A stretch of DNA of 64,000 nucleotides from Chara braunii (lineage: Eukaryota > Plantae > Charophyceae): NCBI GenBank assembly GCA_003427395.1, contig BFEA01000030.1:3795257-3859256 (forward strand), given 5' to 3'. The notes beneath the pieces were generated by a model that saw only the letters and a list, made by a program, of their open reading frames with translations, was not told the DNA's origin and made no database searches. Each line of letters starts with the position of its first letter. Position 1 is the stretch's first letter. This document shows, piece by piece, positions 54,001 to 64,000 of this stretch. Made by a program: the position numbers and the translations under genes.

Positions 54001-55960
54001 CAGGGGTCATGCCTGGCCGGTCACCGGGGCATGTTTCCAGGCACAACTAGGGTGCCCGTGCGCCCAGGAGAACGGCCTACCCTGTGTAGGCTCACTTGTG
54101 ATTGGTGTGGAGCCGAAATGGGCGCAGGGAAAGAAAATCTGGGTGGTGGTCATGGTTGACGGACTAACAGCCATGCCATGTATCGACTCGTGGCCAGCCC
54201 AGCCCTGCAGTGATTGTAAATGGTCACTACAATTGTATTTTATTCATCTGTTTTTTGGTTACGAGTTGGCGTGCGCTGCAGTGGAGTGTCCAACTGCAAT
54301 GAAATGGCCACTCAACGGCCCATTTCTGCTCCGTTTATTTTTGGTCTACGTGTCCCGGGACTGGGCCAAAGTCCACACTGCCAGAGCTCGGCATAGGCGT
54401 GGTGGGGAAGGGCGGCACAAATATTTGTCTTCACCGTGGCATTGTTGGTTTTAGGCCTTTTGGGGAACTGAAACTTTTGGCTTGTTAAACCAGCAGTACT
54501 TGGCCCAGCTATCGGCCAGGGCACTTCCCCGTTAACGAGCCGCGCCTGTTGGGGTCCGGGTTACCGGACTACAATGGCTGGAAGCGCCAGCCAAAAACAA
54601 AGTTGAAACGGCGCCCAGGCGGTTCGGAGAAACTTGGTGCGCAGGGGGTCAGCCGGCTCGGCATCGATAGCTGGGACAAGTACTGGTGGTTTAAAACCGA
54701 TGCCCGTATGGAGTTGTGGTATAGAGACTGTTGCAGTTGGACCACAATGGCTGGAAGTGCCGGCCAAAAAAAAGTTGAAACGGCGCCCCGGCGGTTCGGC
54801 GACACTTGGCGCGCAGGGGGTCAGCCGGTTCGGCATCGATAGCCGGGCTGTTACGGGTTTACGCGGCCGGTAAGAGGTTATCGATTTGGCCACGGGAGGT
54901 AGTGACTGAGGTAGGTCATTGTGAAAAGGATCAGCTGAAGGTTTGCGATCCTTGCAAAGGAGATTGTGGGTTGTGTAAACCACAAGTACCTTTCCTGGCT
55001 TGAAAAAGGAATGGGTGCCTGTTATCGCGATATGCATTTGTGGTTCGGGGAAGGTCCGGCAGTGAGATGGGCGAGGAAGGTGATGGGCCGAAAGGAAGGG
55101 GCAAATGCAGTGCAAGGTGTTCTGCTGGTTTATGCCATGCATGTGACACAGAATACAATGGCACAAAAGGAGAACAGGAGGAGGGGTGTTTCCTAGCATT
55201 TTTGTGCTAGCACTTTCGGGAAAGAGTCTGGCGGAAGTTAGTGTATATCAGGAAGGCAATCATGTTATGAGGGTTTTGATTTTTTGTGTCTAGGAAGCAA
55301 AATATCAGCTGCAAGCGAAGGAATGTATCAGGAAGTTTCAGGTGAACAGTCCGCAGAATGTATTTTTGTGCGCTTCAGGCCTGGCAATGGATGAATCTGA
55401 ACGCAATCACGTTCGGAGCGTAGTACGCCATCTGTTTTCTGTTTTCTGTTTTTTTGGGTCGAAGAAAGGAGAATCTTGGCTGTTTCTGATGCAACTCACC
55501 GTGAATGATGGGGAGCATTTGATGCCTGCATTGCCAGCAAATGAACATTTCAGGCAGTTGCACTCTAGCACGATCCAGAGTCTGTTTGACTGCAGCCCTG
55601 GCCAGACCCGAGGCGGTATTTTTGAAAACAAGAAAACTACTACTGCATTTTGTGTCAGCTGCTGGCAGCAGGTCCAGCGTTTTTTTTTTTTTTTTTTTTT
55701 TTTCTTCACAAGACTCCTATCTATTCGTAGGGAGCAGCACGTGCTGGGAACTGGGCCTAGCGTCCCATTTGGAAATTTAGATAGGATTTTGAAAGTTTTA
55801 AGATATCGGGGGCTTTAGGTCCAGTGTAAGAAGGGGGAACTATGAATGTCACATCCCGGTTCCCACCCCCTCTTGTCTTGGTTAAAATTGGCACACTGGG
55901 AGTTTTTGTGCCCGACATCAATAGCTGAGAGAGGTATGGGTGGTTCAAACCACAAGTATG
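51100..55960. mobile_element. Large unclassified non-coding repeat region carrying many GTACTGGTGGTTTAA motifs
   Basis: About 13 motif sites in both orientations; parts homologous to 1-430 and 63740-63830; internal duplication 54571/54745; ends not defined. Confidence 0.5.
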
Positions 55961-56445
55961 TTTCCCAAGTTATTGGCCGTGGGCCTGAAAGTTTCTGTGC
56001 GCGCTAGAGTAAAAGGAATCGACAAGGATGTTTTTGGTTGGTGCTGCCAGTCATTTTGTGGTGGGCCTGAACATGTTAACCGCTGCGGTATTTTGTTTTT
56101 GAGCGGGAAAAGGTACAGGTCGTTCAATTGATATTGCTTGCAGCCATGCAGACTTTAAGATTATGCTGCGGTGGGATTGTATATCCCATGTACTGCGGAT
56201 GGAGGTGGTATGTACCCATTTCCACTCCTCTTCCAAGGAGGGGTAGAGTCCTCGGTGCGTCCCACGGACAGTTTGGCTATATAACCACACTGGGCCTTGA
56301 ATCCAGCGCCTTGGTTGTGTGCCCAACTCAGATGTGCTGAGTTGTCTTTTTTTCGCTGGATGGACATTGGCATGATGTCGGGTGACTACGTGAAATCACA
56401 GTCACACACGTACTCACCCTACTGCTCGAGCACACGTAAACATAA

Positions 56446-56493
<48 letters not shown>

Positions 56494-57824
56494 TGTGTGT
56501 GTTCTCTCTTGCCCCTTCGTTGTGCCCTCCAATCTTGCTCATTTTGGGCACGGTACGATGAGGAATCAGCGTGACGAGAATCCATTTTCATCGTGAAGAC
56601 GGGTTCAAGTCCGGTAAGGGATGCCAATTCTGGATGGTTCAGGGGTGTATTGATGAAGGCTTCACATTGTTTGCTTGCACCTGTGTGTGGATGTGTGCTA
56701 GGCTGGTCGTGTTGTTTGTCGAGGTGTTGGATGTGCTCCAAGTTATCCAGGTTATGTACTTTTCGTGAAGATGTATGATATCCAGGTTAAGAAGGTTTCG
56801 TATTGTTTGCTTGCAGAAGTGCGCTGCAAGGATGGTTTTGTGAGTGGTCGAGTATCACCCAATCAGGCCCTAGTCTTGTGGAGAACTCGCTTTGGTGTGT
56901 TATGTGTGCTTCTAGAGTCTGGACAAGAATGATGAAGGATGGTTATGTGAGTTGAGTATCACCCAATCAGGCCCTAAAGGCATACGGATGCAAAATAGAA
57001 CGTGTGTTGACCGACAGGTCATGAAGGTAGCCTGATGAAGGAACAAGCACGTAGTAAGGTGATTGAGGTTTGACCGACAGGTCATGAAGGAATGTCGAAC
57101 GTGTGTTGACAGACCAATGAACCTCAGAGCTTGCAGGGCGACTCCGTCGTTAAAGGTGCAACCACTCTACGGTCCTTCAGATTTGACCCAAATATGGGCC
57201 AGATGTGTAATCGATGAAACACCCTGGTTGAAAGAATGTGGTCCCGAGGTAGCCGGATGGCCGGAACGACTGCGGTGGAATGTCGTGTGGGCCAACCACA
57301 GAAGGCCTAGTAATATGTCATTAAAGGTCCCTGAAGTGTCCAAAATGGGTACCTAATCTGGAAGGGTTTGATTGTTTGATACACAAGCTGGGTGATGTAA
57401 TTGAAATGCCGTTGGGGGGTCTGTGGAGAAGTAGTATCCTGCTGCAATGCTTGAGGTGGTAGCTGGTTTACCCATCCAGTGTGGCTTGCACCATAAGGTT
57501 GGCCTTGGTTGTGAGGGGCGCCGGATATACGATAACCTTCGCAAGCTTTTTCAAGAAGGTTCTAAATATCGTTTGAACGGGAAGACTGCTGATGTGCTCC
57601 AAGCACTGGCGACTGGACTCGATGAGTACATTGCCAGTTACTAGAATACATTTGCTAGACACTCTCGATCTGCTTCTTTCTCGCCCCTTTCTCTGAAATT
57701 GCACAGCTGGCGTTATGCAATCCTTGGGCATTGTCAATCCNATGCGACTTCGTCTTCCAATTATGTGAGCCAACAACATTCACTTCGTTGTGCACATGCC
57801 TCCTTACGCCATCTACAACAACAA

Positions 57825-59865
57825 TGGCTTTATAACAATGTTTCCAATGCGGACATGACAGCAGACATTCGAGAACTCGAATGCCTCATNCGAAAATCCC
57901 AGCATACCCGCCAACGTTACATAGCACAACCACGTGACCCGTTTACTGACCATATTAAGGTCGTACATGTGCATGAGGTAGTTCGTACCATGAACTTGCG
58001 CCATGTGTTGCAGTTGCCAGAAGTAGCTGTATTGCACCTTGACCCGCAAGCGGCCGCACATGTTCGTGTATGTGACAAGTTGATGCCACCCACGCGTGTC
58101 CAATTTTGCAACTTTACTGATGTGGCATTGTGTTGCTCCTGACATGACCTTACCAGACTCCGTGAATTCCGAATGCCGCAGGGCCTTTCCGCATTCTTCA
58201 GATCTTGTGGACAGTCGTGTTGTCTCTGTTGATTATAATATAATCTCAGATGATAACCTTCGCAAGTTTTTTCAAGAAGGTTCTAAATATCGTTTGAACG
58301 GGGAGACTGCTGATGTGCTCCAAGCACTGGTGATCGGACTCGATGAGTACATTGCCAGTTACAAGAATACATTTAATAGACACTCTCGATCTGCTTCTTT
58401 CTCGTCCCTTTCTCAAAAATTGCACAGCTGGCGTTTTGCAATCCTTGGGCATTGTCAATCTAATGCGACTTCGTCTTCCAATCATGTGAGCCAACAAAAT
58501 TCACTTCGTTGTGCACATGCCTCCTTACGCCATCTGCAACAACACTTTGCCATTGTTCCTGTGGACAAATCATCCCACAATTTGGCAATTTGTTGTAAGA
58601 ATTGGTATTTGTTTCACCTCTCTATCGATTTGGACAGTCCCACTTATACTCGTCCTCATAAATCTGTCGATGATGTGCTCAACCACCATGCACTATGGAA
58701 TCACCATTGGGGTTATACCCACACTGATACCCTGCCTTACCTATACTGTGTTGAAATCCCACAAGTCTCCTATAGCTCTTCGCAGCATTCTTGGAGTCAC
58801 AACACAAAATACTTGTCATGTCCCCCCCCACGCACACGCTATCGTCCTTCTATTCGCACCATTCATGAATGGCCTCCTTGCGAACCCTTGGCTAGCACAA
58901 CGATTACTTCGTCCTGTCTCAGCACTGCTTTGCAAGGCGTGCTCTCTACTCTTCGTGAGAAAGACATTGAGCTCTATCAACAGAAAGGTGTGCGACGGTG
59001 CTGGATCGTCCAGAGTGCCGATGAGGTGGCGATTGACCTGAAAAACAATGTGTCCTCTCTANGTGGCCTCTCTCCTCGCACGGTTGATTTCACCACAATG
59101 TACACCAACCTTCCTCATGACCGCATTTTNAATAATNTGGCAAAGGCTGTTGATGAAGCTCATGCTTATGCTCTTCAGCATACCCGCATGCATTCGCGCT
59201 GCAGAGCCTCGAATATGTTCATTCGCGGGCCTTGCTCTGGCCAATGGACAACCGATTCAGGACCATACAGCCTTTCCGTTTTTCAGATTCTCCAACATCT
59301 TCGCTTTGTTGTAAAAAACATTTTTCTGTACACTAGAGGTGGCACTCTTCGAAAGCAAATCATTGGTATTCCAATGGGAACAAATGCTGGCCCAGAAATT
59401 TCCAATTTAACGATCTATTGGGATGAAGCACGCTTTATTGCTGACATTCGTCAACATGATTCCCAAGCTGCTCAGCGATACGCCTTCACTTACCGCCGCA
59501 TTGATGATGTTTTTTCATGGGGGCAATTACCTCCCCCGTCAGAGCACTATGGGCTTAAGTGGAAGGAAACTACGGCTACAGATGTCTCATGTTACTTTTT
59601 AGGTATGCATCTACGAGTACGTTCTGATGGTTTGCTTCGCATGAGCGTGTTTGATAAAGCGGCTGCTTGGGGTTTCCGTGTTACTCGCTATCCAAGTGCT
59701 ACCTCCAACATCCCTTCCCATCAACCGGCAGGTGTGTTCACTGAGCAACTGACCAGATTTGAACGCATCTGCAATAATTGGCAGGACTTTCGAATTGCAG
59801 CGACAACACTCACTCGTCGCATGGTTGTTCGTGGCCATTCCCCACCAACCCTCGCTAAAGGATGA
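57825..59865 (+). pseudogene. Penelope-type reverse transcriptase, frameshifted
   Basis: NLRHVL...FCNF; LRKFFQEGSKYR; IVPVDKSSHNLAICCK; LKSHKSP (alternate frame); DFTTMYTNLPH (59086); GIPMGT (59365); YRRIDD (59491); FLGMHL; YPSATSNIP...QLTRFERIC. Confidence 0.92.
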
Positions 59866-60687
59866 ACCTGCTACATACGCTCCCGCCAACGTTGCTATCC
59901 TACACATGTCACCTGTCTCTCTCACTGGTTCCGACGCATGCTGCGATGGTCCTTGCATCACCCACTATCTTCTTTATCCCTCATTGCGCTCGTCCTGTCA
60001 CTGCTTGTTCATCTGCTGCTAATGCAGTTCCCACTGTTGCGGTTCCCACCGCCGCCGCTTCCACCGCTGTGGTCTCCACTGCTGCAGTTTCTACTGCTGC
60101 TGTTTCAACTTTTTACCACTTCCTCTGCTTCTGTACCTCGAATTTCTCATGCTATAGTTTTTACTGGTATAGCTTCCTCTACCCCAGCCCGACACTCGCG
60201 TCCTATGTTCCGATATCTTGTCGAATCCACCCCCCTTTCATCCCTTTCTGTGCTTGGCCGCAGACGGCTGCGNTCCTCCTCGCCACCCCCATCTCCTCCA
60301 CGGTCTCGGTTGAGAACCGATTCTTCGGTTTTTATTCTTCCCATTGTTCTGCCTTCATTGCCAGTGACATCTTCTGTTAGAAACATCGCCACTCCTCTTA
60401 TTGTGTATCATCGTCAACGGCATGCACAACATCGCCACTTGGCCAGGGATCAGCGGCCTGCTTCTTTGTCTACCCCAATTCTCTTTGTGCCTCCTCCACG
60501 GGTTGTTGCGGTTCTGTTGTCCCAAACGGATACATCCGCTCCTATGCCTCCTGCAGACAGTCCAGCTGCTTGCACACAGCCACAGCACCATGTTATATGC
60601 CCTTCCATGTTCGTTTGTCCCCCAACTGTGCAACAAGATATGGTCCCTGCCCAGAGTACACTCCCAACGACAGTCCCTACTCACGAT

Positions 60688-60990
60688 GTGGCCCCGAACG
60701 TGGAGGGCGTGGGACATGATCAGCTCGGACTGCATTTAACCCCGCAAGGCATAGACCACACGGGAGATTTGCAAATGGCTGACCAGGATCATATGGATGA
60801 ACCGCGTACTTGTGCCCCACCCTGTGTGGCCCCGAACGCTGAGGGACTGGAACATGATCTGCTTGGATTGCATTTAATCCCTCATGGCGTAGACCCCACG
60901 AGGGATTTGCAAATGGCTGACCAGGATCATATGGATGAACTGCATACTTGTGCTCCACCCTGCGCAGACCCCACGGGTGATTTACAGATG
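60688..60990 (+). repeat. 138-bp (46-aa) coding tandem repeat, about 2.3 copies, in the linker before the Josephin domain
   Basis: VAPN.EG..HD.LGLHL.P.G.D.T.DLQMADQDHMDE..TCAPPC repeated. Confidence 0.9.
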
Positions 60991-60996
60991 ACTGGC

Positions 60997-61490
60997 CAAC
61001 AAAATCAGCCTGAGATCCCCGCCAATCTCTGTGGTCTGACTGCAACTAATAGCTGCCTTCGCGTTCTCAATTGGCCGTTGTATACACCATCAGATTTCCT
61101 TGCAATTGCCCTGCAGCTTGATGTTGATCTAGCTAATCTCGCTGATCCCCCCGACCTACAGCCAGAGCATCGTAATTACACCAGGGAAGGAGGTTTTACC
61201 ATTGCTGTCCTAGAAATAGCGATGAGGAACNNCCAGCTTGAACTACGCCATGCTCTACCANGTGAGNTGTTTAATCCTCCATCCCGCATCTCTGCCTGNA
61301 TTGTGCATGGGCCTGGCCATTACATGGCTATTGTACACGCCTCTGACCATTGGGAGGTGTGGAACGACGGTGTCATGGTCCATGCCATGATTGATNTTAC
61401 TGATTTCTTACTCTATGATGCTGTTCTCTTGCCACATCAAACTGTCCGCAACCTCCTTTATGTCGAAGATCATTCCTTTGGCACCGTAGT
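60997..61490 (+). CDS. Josephin/ataxin-3-like cysteine protease (deubiquitinase) domain
   Basis: LCGLTATNSCL...YTPSDFLAIALQLD, NYTREGGFTIAVLEIAM..QLEL and HYMAIVHASDHWEVWND align by eye with ataxin-3 blocks; Cys 61030, His 61318, Asn 61363. Confidence 0.78.
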
Positions 61491-61515
61491 GCAGCAGTAA
61501 AATGTACAAACACTG

Positions 61516-61893
61516 TGTGACCTTCTCCTGTGCACAGCCACAGACACTGTTGCACTTGGGTGTACTCGCCATCATCTTTGTCACAATTACCACCACGAGA
61601 TGGTTTCTGCATCCATTTGTGTACAGGATTGTCCCTCCGTTTCTGACTGCAGGCACCCTCCTCATCCGGACACTATATGTCCATTTTGTGGCCATGGACG
61701 CTATGCTGAATGCAAGCTCTTTTGTGGGGGGCGTTCTTCCTTTATTCTGGCCTGCAATAGACATGCTATTTGTCAGGAATGTATGGTTGGCATGCTTAAT
61801 GCCAGCCGCCGTGGCAGTTGTTGTTTTGAGAATGCTCAGTTAGGTCTTCCATGCGCTCATCTACCCCATCCTTACAATGTGTGTCCTTTCTGT
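61516..61893 (+). CDS. Two tandem RING-HC-like zinc fingers
   Basis: CDLLLC..LGCTRHHLCHNY..CPFC and CKLFC..LACNRHAICQEC..CPFC, in frame after the TAA at 61498. Confidence 0.68.
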
Positions 61894-63361
61894 CNNNNNN
61901 NNNNNNNNNNNNNNNNNNNNNNNNNNNNNNNNNNNNNNNNNNNNNNNNNNNNNNNNNNNNNNNNNNNNNNNNNNNNNNNNNNNNNNNNNNNNNNNNNNNN
62001 NNNNNNNNNNNNNNNNNNNNNNNNNNNNNNNNNNNNNNNNNNNNNNNNNNNNNNNNNNNNNNNNNNNNNNNNNNNNNNNNNNNNNNNNNNNNNNNNNNNN
62101 NNNNNNNNNNNNNNNNNNNNNNNNNNNNNNNNNNNNNNNNNNNNNNNNNNNNNNNNNNNNNNNNNNNNNNNNNNNNNNNNNNNNNNNNNNNNNNNNNNNN
62201 NNNNNNNNNNNNNNNNNNNNNNNNNNNNNNNNNNNNNNNNNNNNNNNNNNNNNNNNNNNNNNNNNNNNNNNNNNNNNNNNNNNNNNNNNNNNNNNNNNNN
62301 NNNNNNNNNNNNNNNNNNNNNNNNNNNNNNNNNNNNNNNNNNNNNNNNNNNNNNNNNNNNNNNNNNNNNNNNNNNNNNNNNNNNNNNNNNNNNNNNNNNN
62401 NNNNNNNNNNNNNNNNNNNNNNNNNNNNNNNNNNNNNNNNNNNNNNNNNNNNNNNNNNNNCCCCCCCCCAATGGGACCAGCGAAAATCGAAATGACAGGC
62501 GGGACTGGCCCATTGCGAGCCTGTGGGTGCAAAGTGCTGAAGGGCTGCCCTTTATTTTATTTTTGTGGTTTGTTGTGATGGCATTCGCACATTTGTTTTT
62601 GTGCTCCTACACGCACATCTGATTCCAATTTGAATTAACTTCGAATTAACTGGTAATCCTTTTGAACACATGCTTTTTCATGGGCATCCACCACCTGCGG
62701 TCCAGCACCCACCACCCACCTGCGCAATGGGAATGGACTTTTCCATGTTGGAGCGGAATGTGTGTTCTCATTTGCAAGTTTGTCCGACCAGGAAGATGTT
62801 TTTTGTGCCTGGCTCTGCCACTCAGCACATGCACAAAAGACAAAAAATATGGTGTTGCGTCTTCCCAAAGACAAAAATACGGTGCTGCATCTTCCCACGT
62901 TCCAGCTGAAGATTCGTTGTCCTTTTTGCACATTTGGTGATTAGTGGAGCAAGGCTGTTTCCGCTTGTCAGATTTGTTCTCCGCACTGTCTTCCTTTCTC
63001 CTCTATCACTTTTCTCTCAGCTCTAATCTTAGCTCATATCTTGCCTTCACAAATCCACCACCCAAACTGGGGCTGTGACTTCGCTTGTGGTGGGTTCACT
63101 TGTGCATATAAAAGTAGAGACGGAAAACTTGGGCGCTGTCACGATTTCAGTTTGAAAATGCGTTTCAGTCCCCATTTTGTGAAAGTAGTGTCAAACCGGC
63201 TTTTAGAGTCGGGTCGGAATGCCTCGACTGGATTTAAAATTTGAAATCGTGACCCCCAAAAAAAAAGGCACACGTGCAACTGTTCAACCACTAGCAGCTA
63301 CAAGCCTTTTAGGTCTGATGCAGAGTTCTGTCACGCACCGGCAACGAAAGAACGGGTGCAA

Positions 63362-63720
63362 GGCGCCTGTGGCTCAGTGGTTAGGGAACTGAGTTTCAAG
63401 GGGCAATGTGGTCGGAGGTTGTAGGTTTCGAAACTCCGCGCTTCTGCGCAGAGACACTGGCGGGCGCTTACCTAACGCACGGTCACTTGAGTATGCCCTT
63501 GGGCTGTGCAGGTAAACTGTTACATACACTGCGGGTGCACCACCCATGGGATTGGCCATGGCGTTTCACAGACACTACATGTGCACCACCCACGGGCTTG
63601 TCCGAGGTGGTGTATGTTGGGTCTAGACTATGATTGGTTAGCTTGCGTACTTGGTCCACGAGGTTGTCTGCACGCTTGCACACTTGTCCCTTAATCGAGC
63701 TCGGCGGATCACACATTCAG
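63362..63720 (+). mobile_element. tRNA-derived SINE-like element
   Basis: GGCGCCTGTGGCTCAGTGGTTAG A box and GGTTTCGAAAC B-box variant; 3' limit uncertain. Confidence 0.5.
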
Positions 63721-64000
63721 ACCATTTGAGACTGTAGCTTGGTAGGTTAAACCATCAGTGTTTCCTAAAGTTGAGCCCGTTGACAAGCCACAATTGTAGG
63801 AAACATATGGGCCACTACAGAAGTGCCCAGTTCATCCAAGTAGAAATGTTTCTACTATTTTTTTGCATTGATAAGAACGAGGTTCTGGGTTCGAGGTTTG
63901 ATAGTCTGGAAAAGTTCAGGAATAAACATTTTGGGGAGGCAGACGAGGGTTGTGGGCCATTGATCGCGGGGTGCTTATTACCTTAGGACTCAGCTCTGGC

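Larger units (their letters stand above)
57531..61894 (+). mobile_element. Degenerate Penelope-like retroelement (Naiad/Chlamys-type RT) with a C-terminal Josephin domain and two RING-like domains; 5' truncated, 3' end in a gap
   Basis: RT, Josephin and RING motifs are colinear in frame +1; see sub-features. Confidence 0.85.

Noticed and set aside
58140-58142. TGA after CCS as a possible selenocysteine codon
   Set aside because: RT homology continues in another frame; better explained by a frameshift in a TG run
61895-62622. ORFs spanning the long N run
   Set aside because: Open only because of Ns

Overview
Eukaryotic, repeat-rich nuclear DNA with N gaps and library artefacts. Gene structure and snRNA sequences are plant-like, suggesting a streptophyte such as a charophyte alga (inference). 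Two host genes are supported: the last four exons of a fimbrin (714-12008, +) with an unusually long S/P-rich tail, and a single-exon SICKLE/MPLKIP-like gene (34637-35926, +). The rest is mostly transposon debris and tandem repeats: two hAT-like elements with 8-bp TSDs, MITEs, tRNA-derived SINE heads, U6 and U2 snRNA retrocopies, a mitochondrial-type trnS(UGA) relic, a minimal hammerhead ribozyme and a GIY-YIG remnant. The most notable item is a degenerate Penelope-like (Naiad/Chlamys-type) retroelement at about 57.5-61.9 kb. Its reverse transcriptase continues in the same frame, across only two stop codons, into a Josephin/ataxin-3-like deubiquitinase domain and two tandem RING-like fingers. 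This would be a retroelement carrying a possible ubiquitin writer/eraser module. All calls were made by eye; no searches were run.
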